From an uncultured bacterium (GTDB lineage: Bacteria > Oederibacteriota > Oederibacteriia > Oederibacteriales > Oederibacteriaceae), in assembly GCA_965112635.1 (NCBI GenBank), contig OZ218778.1:64001-128000 (forward strand): a DNA stretch of 64,000 bases, read 5' to 3'. The first letter of the stretch is position 1, and each line of letters begins with the position of its first letter. The translations under genes and the position numbers were made by a program. This document shows positions 40,735 through 51,016 of this stretch, one piece after another. Under the pieces are notes generated by a model. It made no database searches and had not been told where the DNA came from. It saw nothing but the letters and a program-made list of their open reading frames with translations.

Positions 40735-42276
40735 TTACTCCCATTCTATCGTGGAGGGAGGTTTGGAACTGATGTCGTAGACCACTCGGTTGACGCCTTT
40801 GACTTCATTAATGATACGGTTGGATATTTTTCCAAGCAAAGGATAGGGTAAGTTGACCCAGTCCGCGGTCATGCCGTCCATGCTGTTCACGGCCCTCAAG
40901 GCGATGACATTATCGTAGGTCCTCTCGTCCCCCATGACTCCGACGGTCTTGACGGGCAGTAAAACGGCAAAGGACTGCCAGATCTTATGATAGAGCCCCG
41001 CGGCCTTGATCTCATCGATCACGACCCAGTCCGCCTCCCGCAGGATCTTTAATCGCTCTTCGGTCACTTCTCCCAGGACCCGGATGGCCAGTCCCGGACC
41101 GGGGAAAGGCTGACGGCCCACAATATCCTCGGACACCCCCATCTCCCTTCCTACCGCTCTGACCTCGTCCTTAAAAAGCTCCCTGAGCGGCTCCACCAAT
41201 TTAAATTTCATCTTCTCGGGAAGTCCGCCCACATTATGGTGGGATTTGATGGTCGCCGAAGGTCCTTTGACCGAAACACTTTCAATGACATCCGGGTAAA
41301 GGGTCCCTTGGGCAAGATAAGGGATTTTTCCCAGTTTTTTTGCCTCTTTTTCAAAGACACTGATGAACTCCGCGCCTATGATCTTCCTCTTTTTCTCCGG
41401 ATCCAGCACGCCTTTTAACTTTCCTAAAAATGACCTGGTGGCATCAGCGTACACCAGCCGCATCTTGAAATGTCCCGCAAAGACCTTTTGGACCCTTTCA
41501 GCCTCGTCCTTTCTCAGGACGCCATTGTTGACGAACACGCAGGTCAGCTGTCTGCCTACCGCTTTATGCAAGAGAACCGCCGTGACCGAAGAGTCTACCC
41601 CTCCGCTCAGGGCGCACAAGACCCTTTCCTTGCCGATTTTTTCCCTGACCTGCTTGATGGTCTCCTTCACGAACGATTTCATGTTCCAGGTGCCTTGGCA
41701 TCCGCAGACCCTGTAAAGAAAATTGCGCAGAATTTCCTTACCTTGTGGAGTATGGACCACTTCGGGATGGAACTGCAATCCAAAGATCCTTTTTTGTTTA
41801 TCCTGCATGGCGCTGAAGGCGGAATTATGGGTAGAGGCGACCGGTTCAAAACCCTGGGGAAGCTTGACGACTTTATCCCCGTGGCTCATCCAAACCGTGA
41901 TCTTCTTGGGCAATCCCTTAAAAAGGTCAGAGGATGAGGAATGGCTCAACCAAGCGTGGCCGTATTCCCTTTTGGTGGATGAATCCACCCGGCCGCCCAG
42001 CAGGTAACCCATAAGTTGCATCCCATAGCAGATCCCCAAAACAGGGATCCCCAATGAAAAAATACCCTTATCCGGGATGGGCGCCTGTTTTTGATAAACG
42101 CTGGACGGTCCGCCTGAAAGAATAATCCCCTGCGGCTGGAGTTCTCTGAGACGGCTTGCCGAGGTGTTAAAGGGAAGTATTTCGCAATAAACTTTCAGTT
42201 CCCGGACCCGGCGGGCGATGAGCTGGGTGTACTGGGACCCGAAATCCAGCACATAAACAACTTCGCGCTTCGTCAT
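40735..42276 (-). CDS. guaA: GMP synthase (glutamine-hydrolysing)
   Basis: [44 protein letters not shown]. Confidence 0.97.
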   Translation of the reverse strand: MTKREVVYVLDFGSQYTQLIARRVRELKVYCEILPFNTSASRLRELQPQGIILSGGPSSVYQKQAPIPDKGIFSLGIPVLGICYGMQLMGYLLGGRVDSSTKREYGHAWLSHSSSSDLFKGLPKKITVWMSHGDKVVKLPQGFEPVASTHNSAFSAMQDKQKRIFGLQFHPEVVHTPQGKEILRNFLYRVCGCQGTWNMKSFVKETIKQVREKIGKERVLCALSGGVDSSVTAVLLHKAVGRQLTCVFVNNGVLRKDEAERVQKVFAGHFKMRLVYADATRSFLGKLKGVLDPEKKRKIIGAEFISVFEKEAKKLGKIPYLAQGTLYPDVIESVSVKGPSATIKSHHNVGGLPEKMKFKLVEPLRELFKDEVRAVGREMGVSEDIVGRQPFPGPGLAIRVLGEVTEERLKILREADWVVIDEIKAAGLYHKIWQSFAVLLPVKTVGVMGDERTYDNVIALRAVNSMDGMTADWVNLPYPLLGKISNRIINEVKGVNRVVYDISSKPPSTIEWE

Positions 42277-42305
42277 AACATCCTTTTAATGGCAGAATCC
42301 ATGGG

Positions 42306-43466
42306 CTACTTCCCCATGCCCACCTTTTGAGACCGCTGGAATACTTTGCCTTCGGTCTTGATGGACGGAGCGATAATAATCTCGGTCATCTGCATTTCGC
42401 GAATATTCTTTACCCCCAGGACGCCCATGGACGTCTGGAGGGCTCCGACCAGGTTTTGGGAACCGTCATCCAGGTTCGCGGGACCGAGCAAGATCTCCTC
42501 CAACGAACCCGTGGTCCCCACCTTGATCCTCGTCCCCCTGGGCAGGTTGGCGTGCGGGGTAGCCATACCCCAGTGGTAACCGCATCCCGGCGCCTCTTTG
42601 GCGCGGGCAAAAGCCGAACCGACCATGACGGCGTCCGCCCCGCAGGCAATGGCCTTGCAGATGTCGCCTCCCACGGACATACCGCCGTCCGTGATGATGG
42701 GCACGTACCTGGCCGTCTGCTTGAAATAAAAGTCCCTGGCCGCCGCGCAATCGACCGTCGCGGTGACCTGCGGAACCCCTACTCCCAGCACGCCGCGGGA
42801 AGTACAAGCCGCGCCCGGCCCCACGCCGACAAGAACTCCGGCGACACCGGTCTCCATCAGTTCCAGCGTGGCGTTAAAGGTCACGGTATTTCCTGCCACC
42901 ACGGGGATCTTCATCTTTTTGCAGAATTTTTTGAAATCCAGAACCTTATACTTGGTTGAAATATGGCGGACCGTGGCCACGGTCGATTGGACAAAGAAAA
43001 TATCCGCTCCGGCCTTTTGGGCGATCTCACCGTATAGCTCGGACTTCTGCGGAATGGATGAAACAGCAGCCAATACTCCGCCCTTCTTTATCTCTTTGAT
43101 CCGCTTCACGATCAGTTCTTCCTTGACCGGCGGCAAATAAAGCTCCTGCACCAGCTTAGTCGCTTCCTCTGGCGAAGCGTCCGCGATCTGCTGAAGGACG
43201 GTTTCCGGCTCCTTATAGCGTGTTTGAACGCCTTCTAAGTTAAGAACCGCCATTCCACCCAGCCTGCCCATGGCAACCGCAAAGCTAGGGTCCACAACCC
43301 CGTCCATGGCCGAAGCCAGAATCGGGGTCTCTAATTTCAGCCCGCCCAGCTCAAAGGATATATCCACCTCTTCAGGATTGTAGGTGATATCCCCTGGTAC
43401 CAAGGCGATATCGTCAAAACCATATGTTTGCCTGGCTTTGCGGCCACGGCCGATCCAAAAACCCAT
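42306..43466 (-). CDS. guaB: GuaB3-family IMP dehydrogenase (CBS-less)
   Basis: YGFDDIALVP, ASAMDGVV, GVGPGAACTSR, DGG motifs; adjacent to guaA; GGAGG RBS 6 nt before ATG 43466. Confidence 0.9.
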   Translation of the reverse strand: MGFWIGRGRKARQTYGFDDIALVPGDITYNPEEVDISFELGGLKLETPILASAMDGVVDPSFAVAMGRLGGMAVLNLEGVQTRYKEPETVLQQIADASPEEATKLVQELYLPPVKEELIVKRIKEIKKGGVLAAVSSIPQKSELYGEIAQKAGADIFFVQSTVATVRHISTKYKVLDFKKFCKKMKIPVVAGNTVTFNATLELMETGVAGVLVGVGPGAACTSRGVLGVGVPQVTATVDCAAARDFYFKQTARYVPIITDGGMSVGGDICKAIACGADAVMVGSAFARAKEAPGCGYHWGMATPHANLPRGTRIKVGTTGSLEEILLGPANLDDGSQNLVGALQTSMGVLGVKNIREMQMTEIIIAPSIKTEGKVFQRSQKVGMGK

Positions 43467-43477
43467 CCTCAACCTCC

Positions 43478-43813
43478 CTATTTGTATGAGATTTTTTTAA
43501 ACTTTTCGAATAACAATAACCCCAAGAACACCACCATCGTTGCGACCAGTAAAATACCAGTTCCTACCAAAGAACCCTTGAGCCTGTCAAGAACCACTCG
43601 GGCGTTGGGGTCACCGGCGGATATACGATTAAGGGTATTATTGAAGCATAATAATAACAAACTAATAACAAAAAAGAAAACAACAGACAAGATAGCAAAT
43701 ATCTTGGCCACTCTGCTGAACCAGTTGTGCTCCCTGTATCTTTTTTCCAGCTGGACCTGCTTTTCAAACTCCGCGATCACCTGCTGGACCTTTTTCCCCT
43801 TATCCAACTCCAT
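43478..43813 (-). CDS. Hypothetical membrane protein (2 TM)
   Basis: Two hydrophobic segments; fills the comM-guaB gap; start uncertain. Confidence 0.65.
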   Translation of the reverse strand: MELDKGKKVQQVIAEFEKQVQLEKRYREHNWFSRVAKIFAILSVVFFFVISLLLLCFNNTLNRISAGDPNARVVLDRLKGSLVGTGILLVATMVVFLGLLLFEKFKKISYK

Positions 43814-43862
43814 CTGGTCACCCGCTCCTTCCGCCACCAAAAACACCCCCTTTCCTTGTTGC

Positions 43863-45401
43863 CTATCCTTTCTTCCAAATATTCCTGTCTAGGCTACGGT
43901 ACTGTATGGCCTCCAAAAGATGCGGCGCCAGGATATTATCCTGGCCATCAAGGTCCGCGATGGTCCTGGCCAGCTTAAGTATCCTGTCGTAGGCCCTGGC
44001 TGACAAACTCAACTGCTCCACCGCAGCGCGGAATATTTCCCTGGAAGCGTCGTCTAGAATGCAGAACTTTTTCAGGTGCCGATGTTGCATATGGGCGTTG
44101 TAGAGCAGGCCGCTTCCTTTGAGCCTCTGCTTTTGCCGCTCCCGGGCTCGCTGCACTCTTTCCCTGATGTTAGCAGAACTTTCACCGTCGGACAAACTCG
44201 ACATCTCTTTATATTTCAAACTAGGCACTTCTAAATGAATATCAATGCGGTCAAGCAAAGGTCCGGAAATGCGGGATACATACTTTTGGATCTGCAGGGG
44301 GGTACAACGGCAATCTTTCCTAAGGTCCCCATAATAACCGCAGGGGCAGGGGTTCATGGCCGCCGTAAGCATAAATCTTGCGGGATAAGAAATGGATGCC
44401 GCCGCGCGGGAAATGGTAACCCTCCCTTCCTCCAAAGGCTGCCGCAACACTTCCAGGACGTTCTTTTTGAACTCAGGCAGTTCATCCAGGAACAATACCC
44501 CATGGTGGGCCAAACTGACTTCCCCGGGTCTGGGGATGGCTCCGCCTCCGATCAAACCCGCGTCGGAGATCGTGTGATGCGGCGACCGGAAAGGTTTTTC
44601 TGTGACCAGAGCCGCATGGGAAGGCAAAAGACCAGCGACAGAATAAATCTTGGTGCACTCCACCGCCTCTTCCAGGGTGATGGAGGGCAGGATGGTGGGC
44701 AACCTTTTGGCCAGCATTGTCTTTCCAGACCCTGGGGGACCAATCATTAGGAGATTATGTCCGCCGGCCGCGGCCACTTCCAAAGCGCGCTTGGCGTGCT
44801 CTTGGCCCTTGATCTCCGAGAAATCGACCTTATGGCTTTGAACTTCCTGAAAAGCATCCTGGAGATCGAACGTATAGGGCTGGATCTTTTTCTCCCCATT
44901 GAGGATTTGGATGGCATCCAATAAATGGCCGACCGGGATGATTTCAAGTCCAGGGACCACGGCAGCCTCTTTGGCGTTCTCCGCGGGAACAATGACACCT
45001 TTCTTCTTGTTGTGCTTGGCTGCCAAGGCCATCGGCAAGATTCCCCGGACCGGCCTGACGCTGCCGTCCAGAGAGAGCTCACCAAGCACCAGATAAGCAT
45101 CCAGCTTATCAGAGGATAATTGTTGGGTGGAGGCTAGGATGCCTAAGGCCATGGGCAGGTCGAAAGCCGGACCTTCTTTCTTGATATCAGCTGGAGCCAA
45201 ATTGACCGTGATGTGTTTTAAGGGAAAAATAAATTGGGAATTTTGGATGGCGGACTTTACCCGCTCCTTACTTTCTTTGACAGCGGCATCCGGCAAGCCC
45301 ACGGTATTGAACTGCGGGAAGCCTGTTGCCGTATCAACCTCCACAGTCACCAGATACGCATCAACCCCCAGGACAGCGCTGCTGTGAACCATGGCTAGCA
45401 T
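43863..45401 (-). CDS. comM: YifB/ComM family Mg-chelatase-like AAA+ ATPase
   Basis: [54 protein letters not shown]. Confidence 0.93.
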   Translation of the reverse strand: MLAMVHSSAVLGVDAYLVTVEVDTATGFPQFNTVGLPDAAVKESKERVKSAIQNSQFIFPLKHITVNLAPADIKKEGPAFDLPMALGILASTQQLSSDKLDAYLVLGELSLDGSVRPVRGILPMALAAKHNKKKGVIVPAENAKEAAVVPGLEIIPVGHLLDAIQILNGEKKIQPYTFDLQDAFQEVQSHKVDFSEIKGQEHAKRALEVAAAGGHNLLMIGPPGSGKTMLAKRLPTILPSITLEEAVECTKIYSVAGLLPSHAALVTEKPFRSPHHTISDAGLIGGGAIPRPGEVSLAHHGVLFLDELPEFKKNVLEVLRQPLEEGRVTISRAAASISYPARFMLTAAMNPCPCGYYGDLRKDCRCTPLQIQKYVSRISGPLLDRIDIHLEVPSLKYKEMSSLSDGESSANIRERVQRARERQKQRLKGSGLLYNAHMQHRHLKKFCILDDASREIFRAAVEQLSLSARAYDRILKLARTIADLDGQDNILAPHLLEAIQYRSLDRNIWKKG

Positions 45402-45511
45402 ACGGCCCCTATTCCCTTTCTAACCTTATAAATAAAAGTAAAATCACACGACAGGAACACGGCCTGTGGCGTAGCGGCTAAAAGGTGTGGAATATCTTTC
45501 CAAAACGCCTT

Positions 45512-45973
45512 TCATTCAACCCAAAAACCAATGGCTTCGGTATTTTTATTGGCTTCCCTTAGGCGTTGGCTCAGGATTTTGACCAGGATCTCCATGAGCT
45601 TGACCGAAGTCCCCTGAAACTTTTCTTTGAAATCCTCAAAATTTTTCTGGGTAATGACGAGCACTTTGGTGTCCATAGCGGCCTTGGTCCCGGCTGAGCG
45701 CGGCGCGCCGTCCAAGATCGCCATCTCTCCGAAAAAATCCCCTTTATTGAGGACCGCCACAGTGTTCTCCGTATTCTTGACCTTTTTGATCACTTTGACC
45801 GAACCCGAACGGATGATATACATCTTGTCCCCGGGAGTTTCCTCAGCAAAAATGACCTCGTCCTTTTTGAACACTGCCTCTGTGCAAACAGAAGCCAGGT
45901 TTTCCAGGTCCTGGGGTTCAAAATTCTTGAAAGCAGGGTATTCGGCCAAAAAATCAGTTACCGGCATATTCAC
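45512..45973 (-). CDS. Stand-alone cyclic-nucleotide-binding domain protein
   Basis: GDFFGEMAILDGAPRSA phosphate-binding cassette; no HTH. Confidence 0.88.
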   Translation of the reverse strand: MNMPVTDFLAEYPAFKNFEPQDLENLASVCTEAVFKKDEVIFAEETPGDKMYIIRSGSVKVIKKVKNTENTVAVLNKGDFFGEMAILDGAPRSAGTKAAMDTKVLVITQKNFEDFKEKFQGTSVKLMEILVKILSQRLREANKNTEAIGFWVE

Positions 45974-46000
45974 GCCTCGCTTTCACGCTGGTATTTTGCT

Positions 46001-47029
46001 CTACTTCTTAGCAACAGCACTTTGATCAGTCATTTTCTGCGCTAAAATGACTAGCTTCCGCTTTGCGTCCTCAACTAAATAACCGCCTTGGTTAATCTTA
46101 ATGAATTTCGTATATTCAGTAATAGCCTTTTCGAAATTTTCCCTATGTTCGTAAACTTGGGCGAGAAAATAATAGGCCGAAACATAGGTCGGGTCGATTT
46201 GAACGGCTTGGCGGTAAAAATCTATGGCTTCTTCGGGTTGGCCGATCTCATCCAAGAATAACCCGATCGTATTGAATGCTTTGGCGCTCTTCGGGTTCAA
46301 CTCCGCGACTTTTTTGAACATCTCCAAAGCTTCCTGTTGCATCCCCTTGGTCTTATACGCACTGGCCAGGTTGGAGTATGCCGCGCTATATTTAGGATCG
46401 ATATCGAGAGCCTGCTTGTATCCCTGAATGGCCCTGTCCAGCATCCCCTTTTCCGCGTAAAGATTGGCCAGGTCTAGGTTAGCTTTGGCCTTATTGACAT
46501 TCTGCTTAAGCGACTCCTCCATGAGCTTAATGGCCTCATCGATCATCCCTTGGTTATAATGGTCCAGTCCAAGATGGTGGTAACTATCCGCATAACTGGC
46601 ATCCAGTTCAATGGCCCTGTTGAATTCTTTCATCGCCTCATGGTACATGCCTTTGTCAAAATAAACATTACCGAGGTTGTTATGGAGGAGGGCGGAATTG
46701 GGGTTCTTAAACAACGCGCTATTGTAACTCCACACTGCGGCATTGAACTGTCCCTGCCAGGCCAGGATCAAACCAAGATTGTTCCAAGCTTCCACGCTGT
46801 CAGGGTTTAACTCCGTGACCTTTTTGAACGACTTATAAGCCTCATCGAGATTGCCCTGGTCAATATAGGCGAACCCTAGGTTGGTTAGCGCTTCCTGGTC
46901 ATTGGGGTCAACTTTCAAAGCTTGCTGGAACTCCAGGATGGCCTTTCCCAGTTCACCGTTGTTGGCGAGATCCTTGCCTTTTTGATTGGCTTCTTTCTTC
47001 TTTTCCTCGGGGGATTTAAAAAAACCCAT
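46001..47029 (-). CDS. Tetratricopeptide repeat protein
   Basis: About nine 34-aa TPR repeats (A..NLG..Y...G..D.A...F..A....P). Confidence 0.9.
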   Translation of the reverse strand: MGFFKSPEEKKKEANQKGKDLANNGELGKAILEFQQALKVDPNDQEALTNLGFAYIDQGNLDEAYKSFKKVTELNPDSVEAWNNLGLILAWQGQFNAAVWSYNSALFKNPNSALLHNNLGNVYFDKGMYHEAMKEFNRAIELDASYADSYHHLGLDHYNQGMIDEAIKLMEESLKQNVNKAKANLDLANLYAEKGMLDRAIQGYKQALDIDPKYSAAYSNLASAYKTKGMQQEALEMFKKVAELNPKSAKAFNTIGLFLDEIGQPEEAIDFYRQAVQIDPTYVSAYYFLAQVYEHRENFEKAITEYTKFIKINQGGYLVEDAKRKLVILAQKMTDQSAVAKK

Positions 47030-47106
47030 TGATGCTCCCTTAAAAAAATAAGGTGTTTTTCTATGCTAACACATGCCCTTCAATTGTCAAGAAACCGGCT
47101 TTTTTA

Positions 47107-47146
47107 AACAAAAACCCGATTGCCGGTCTAGCCGGCAATCGGGTTT
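47107..47146 (-). terminator. Rho-independent terminator after the Spy/CpxP-like gene
   Basis: 15-bp perfect stem AAACCCGATTGCCGG-TCTAG-CCGGCAATCGGGTTT followed by Ts on the minus strand. Confidence 0.8.
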
Positions 47147-47177
47147 ATCAATATCAAAACCATATAAAATTTACTTT

Positions 47178-47681
47178 CTACTTGTCTCCGCCCTTGTCAT
47201 TACCGCTGTCCTCTTTTTCTTGATCTTCTCCGCCTTTTTTCTTATCTTTCCATTCTTTCATCTTTTCCATCCCTTTTTTAGCCATTCCCAGGACCATCTG
47301 CGCCTGCTGGGTGGGGGTTAATATCTGTTTCATGCCATCAGCGCGCTGTTTATCCAAAACCTGCTCTTGGGTTCTATTGCTGGCCAGTTTATCCAACACT
47401 CCGCTGATATCGCTATCACTGCCTTTGCTATCAACCAACCCTTTTAATTGTTTTAAAAGGTCCTTATCACTATCTCTCAGGGGCTTCATTTTACCCTGTA
47501 TATCTTTTTGTAAATCCTGCATCTTGGTTTGCTGGTCTGTGGTTAATCCTAATTTCTCCGCCCACTTACCCTTTCCGTCTTTTCCTTCCTTCCCACCACC
47601 CTTGTCATCCGCCATAACAAAACTAGCTGACAACGCTAGGGCTAAAACTAATCCCCCAATAACTAACCCCTTAATCTTCAT
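47178..47681 (-). CDS. Spy/CpxP-family periplasmic protein
   Basis: Signal peptide from MKIKGLV (GGAGG RBS); LGLTTDQQ and ILTPTQQ (LTxxQ) motifs. Confidence 0.8.
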   Translation of the reverse strand: MKIKGLVIGGLVLALALSASFVMADDKGGGKEGKDGKGKWAEKLGLTTDQQTKMQDLQKDIQGKMKPLRDSDKDLLKQLKGLVDSKGSDSDISGVLDKLASNRTQEQVLDKQRADGMKQILTPTQQAQMVLGMAKKGMEKMKEWKDKKKGGEDQEKEDSGNDKGGDK

Positions 47682-47816
47682 TCCTTCCTCCTTATAGTTT
47701 GAATTTGGCAGCCTTCCGGCGTCTATATACATTAAAACAATCAAACCAGTCAATAAATTTCACTAGCAGTGGCCTAATAACCTTCTGTTTACAAAAGTAA
47801 TGGACTAGCAGGAAAT

Positions 47817-48281
47817 TCATTCCCTTTCCTGGAGCGAAACCTTCATGGCCTTGCTGAGGTTCCGCTTTTCCTCCCTTTCCTTGATAGACCGCCTCTTGTC
47901 GAACAGCTTTTTACCCTTGGCCAGCGCGATCTCCACTTTGGCCCGGCCGTCCTTGAAATACAGCCGGGTAGGGATAAGGGTGCAGCCTTTGATCTGCGCC
48001 TTACCCATAAGCTTCATGATCTCATTCTTATGGAGGAGCAGTTTTCTGGTCCGGGTCGGCGGAAGGTTAAAACGATTGCCCTGTTCATAGGGAGGGATAT
48101 GGAGGTTCAACAGAAACAGCTCGCCGTTCCGTATCATGGCGTAGCTGTCCTTGAGGCTGACCTGCCCGGCCCGCAGGGATTTGACCTCAGTGCCCTTGAG
48201 CATCATCCCGGCTTCGTAAAACTCAATGAGGTCGTACAAGAACCGGGCCTGCCGGTTGAGAGAAACTATCTTCTCGCCCAC
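47817..48281 (-). CDS. smpB: SsrA-binding protein
   Basis: EAGMMLKGTEVKSLR, RTRKLLLHK, KGKKLFDKR. Confidence 0.96.
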   Translation of the reverse strand: MGEKIVSLNRQARFLYDLIEFYEAGMMLKGTEVKSLRAGQVSLKDSYAMIRNGELFLLNLHIPPYEQGNRFNLPPTRTRKLLLHKNEIMKLMGKAQIKGCTLIPTRLYFKDGRAKVEIALAKGKKLFDKRRSIKEREEKRNLSKAMKVSLQERE

Positions 48282-50476
48282 CCTTTGCCTTTCCTATTCT
48301 TCTTAAAGTGTTTCTCTTTTTTGAATTTTCCTTTTTTCTTGTCCGAACGAAAACCACCCTGAAGGACAAAATCCATCTGGCGTTTTTCTGCGTCCACCTT
48401 GGTCAGTTTGACCTCAACCGGGTCCGCCAACCTGAAAACTTTGCCGCTTCGTTTTCCTTTCAGGGTGTGGTCCTGCTCTGAATAGACGTAATAATCGTTG
48501 TCCAGGCTGCTCACATGGACCAGGCCTTCCACCAGCCACTCTTTGATCTCCACAAAAAAACCGTACGACTGCACTCCGGTGATGACCGCTTTAAAATCCT
48601 CACCCAGCTTGTCTTTCATAAATTCTATCTTCTTGAGTTTCAGGCATTCCATCTCAGCTTCCTGAGCGTTCCTTTCCCGCTGGCTGGACATCCCAGCCAC
48701 TTCGGCCAGGTGCTTTTCCAGGGAAACCTTCTGGTCAACTGAGAGCTCGCCCTCTTTTCTGTTCTTTTTTAACAGCCTGTGGACCATCAAGTCCGGGTAA
48801 CGCCGGATGGGAGAGGTAAAATGGGTGTAATGATCAAAAGCCAGTCCAAAATGCCCGGCGTTGACATTGGAATACACGGCCAGTTTCATTGACCGCAGGA
48901 GGAGCATATTGACCATGCCCTCCTCCAGCCTTCCTTTGACCGCGGCCAGGATGCTTTGCAGGTGCTTTTGGCTGGCCCCTTCCGTTTTGACGAGTTTTAA
49001 ACCAAGCACCTTCACATAGTCGGAAAAGGTCTTCAATTTGATGTCATCCGGCTTTTCATGGATGCGGTACAGGAAAGGGGAACCTTTTTTGGCCATATGC
49101 TTGGCCACGGTCTTATTGGCCGCCAGCATAAAGTCCTCGATGAGCCTGTGACTAAATAGCCGCTTGACCGCAATGATGGCGGCAGGCTTTCCGGCCTTGT
49201 CCAAAATGACCTTAGTTTCCGGCAGATCAAAATCCAAGGCGCCCTCATCTATCCTCTTTTTGTAAAGTATATGGGCCAGCGACTGCATCATTTTGAGTGA
49301 GGGTACCAGAGATTGATAACAGCTGGTCATAGCAGGGTCGCCATCCAGGATGGCCTGGACCTTTTCATAGGTCATTCTTTCTTTGACCCGGATGACACTG
49401 TCCGCCAGCTCATAAGAAACGACATTGCCCCGGTGGTCGATATCCATAATAGCGCTTTGGGTCAACCGGTCCTGTCCGGCCACCAAGCTGCACAAGTTAT
49501 TGGACAGGGCTTCCGGCAGCATGGGTACGACCTGGCCAGGCAGATAAACGCTGGTGCCCCGACTATAGGCTTCTGCGTCCAAAGGCCGGCCTTCCCGGAC
49601 ATAATGGCTCACATCAGCGATATGGACAAAAAGCCGGAAGTTCCCGTTGGAGAGCGACTCCACGGCGATCGCGTCGTCAAAATCCTTGGCGTCTTCGCCG
49701 TCAATAGTGATGACAACCTGTCCCGTAAAATCTCGGCGGCCCGTTTTTTCTCCGGGCTGGACGGACAAGGGTATACCCGCCACTTCTTTAATGACCGCTG
49801 GTGGAAATTCCGGGGTCAGATTGTATTCACGAAGGATGGACTGCAGGTCAACTCCGGGGTCATTTTTTTTGCCGAGAATCTCTATGACCTTTCCCACGGG
49901 ATTGCCATCATTGGATGGCCACTCAGTGACCTCTGCGACCACTTTATCAAGATGGCTGGCGTCATTAAAACCCTCTTTGGCAATAATAATATTGGAACCA
50001 AATTTATAGTTATCCGGGACCACCAGGCCGACCCCGCCTTTTAGCTCAAAGGTTCCGACCAAGGTTTTATGTCCGCGCTCTAATATCCTGATGACCGCGC
50101 CTTCCGGTTTACCGTGCCCTCCCCATTGGTGCTGTATTCTGACCACCACCCGGTCATCGGTGAACGCCCCGTTCCGATGGATGCGGCTCACAAAAATATG
50201 GGGTTTTTTCGGGTCATCTGGGACCAGAAAACAGTAACCGTCTTTATGCCCCTGCAGCACTCCGGGAACAAGATTCATTTCCTCGGATAGTCCGTATCTT
50301 TCTCCTTTTAAACTGACGATTTCCCCGGCCGCCTTAAGTTCCAGCAGCATATCCAATAAATACCCTCTTAATTTACCTTTCATTTCCAGTTCTAGGCTGA
50401 GTTCTTCCAAGGTCATGGGCCGGTAAGTATTCTGCTGCATATATTTCAAGAGAATGGCTTTGGTAACGCGCATCAT
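48266..50476 (-). CDS. rnr: Ribonuclease R
   Basis: TIDGEDAKDFDDA, HIADVSHYV, HFTSPIRRYPDL, S1 domain, basic tail. Confidence 0.95.
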   Translation of the reverse strand: MMRVTKAILLKYMQQNTYRPMTLEELSLELEMKGKLRGYLLDMLLELKAAGEIVSLKGERYGLSEEMNLVPGVLQGHKDGYCFLVPDDPKKPHIFVSRIHRNGAFTDDRVVVRIQHQWGGHGKPEGAVIRILERGHKTLVGTFELKGGVGLVVPDNYKFGSNIIIAKEGFNDASHLDKVVAEVTEWPSNDGNPVGKVIEILGKKNDPGVDLQSILREYNLTPEFPPAVIKEVAGIPLSVQPGEKTGRRDFTGQVVITIDGEDAKDFDDAIAVESLSNGNFRLFVHIADVSHYVREGRPLDAEAYSRGTSVYLPGQVVPMLPEALSNNLCSLVAGQDRLTQSAIMDIDHRGNVVSYELADSVIRVKERMTYEKVQAILDGDPAMTSCYQSLVPSLKMMQSLAHILYKKRIDEGALDFDLPETKVILDKAGKPAAIIAVKRLFSHRLIEDFMLAANKTVAKHMAKKGSPFLYRIHEKPDDIKLKTFSDYVKVLGLKLVKTEGASQKHLQSILAAVKGRLEEGMVNMLLLRSMKLAVYSNVNAGHFGLAFDHYTHFTSPIRRYPDLMVHRLLKKNRKEGELSVDQKVSLEKHLAEVAGMSSQRERNAQEAEMECLKLKKIEFMKDKLGEDFKAVITGVQSYGFFVEIKEWLVEGLVHVSSLDNDYYVYSEQDHTLKGKRSGKVFRLADPVEVKLTKVDAEKRQMDFVLQGGFRSDKKKGKFKKEKHFKKNRKGKGWARR

Positions 50477-50543
50477 AATTATTTTTCCTTTTTACAAATT
50501 CATTCGATTATTGAACTTTGACTGTACCATACATCAAATCATC

Positions 50544-50572
50544 TTGACTTTTTTTCACATAATCCCTAGTTT
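50544..50572 (+). promoter_or_regulatory. Sigma70-type promoter of tRNA-Leu
   Basis: TTGACT-N17-TAGTTT ending 9 bp before the tRNA. Confidence 0.6.
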
Positions 50573-50581
50573 ACTATTTGT

Positions 50582-50667
50582 GCGGAAGTGGCGGAATGGC
50601 AGACGCGCTAGATTCAGGGTCTAGTGGGGGCAACCTTGTGGGGGTTCAACTCCCCCCTTCCGCACCA
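50582..50667 (+). tRNA. tRNA-Leu(CAG)
   Basis: GCGGAAG acceptor stem, CTAGA-TTCAGGG-TCTAG anticodon arm, long variable arm, GTTCAA T-loop, CCA end. Confidence 0.95.
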
Positions 50668-50996
50668 ATTCTTAAAGTTTCACCAACATACCCTTGTCAT
50701 TAGCGGGAAATAATAACCAAACGCCATAGCGTTTGGTTGGGGAGTTGAACGGGCGGAGCCTCGCAAAGCGAGGCGAGCCCCGCCTGGAGGCGAGAGCCGT
50801 TAGGCTCGAGACCGTAAGGTCAACTCCCCCCTTCCGCACCACAAAAGCCTCTGGCCATATTTCAATAATGCGTTTCCTCTCAGAGGCTTTTGCATCGGAA
50901 CAGCTTTCCGATGAAGACATTAAACCCACCAACAAACCCTTGTCATTAGCAGAACATTATGATCAAACGCGTTAGAGTTTGGTTTAGGAGTTTAAC
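50646..50996 (+). repeat. Duplication of the tRNA-Leu 3' end (22 bp; 50646-50667 = 50820-50841) plus a degenerate 70-bp trailer repeat (50681-50750 ~ 50927-50996)
   Basis: TCAACTCCCCCCTTCCGCACCA occurs twice; CACCAACA.ACCCTTGTCATTAGC...GTTTGGTT..GGAGTT.AAC occurs twice. Confidence 0.88.
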
Positions 50997-51016
50997 AACC
51001 TGACCCACATGATTTT

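Noticed and set aside
47700-47816. tmRNA (ssrA) expected near smpB
   Set aside because: The gap is too short and has no tmRNA termini.
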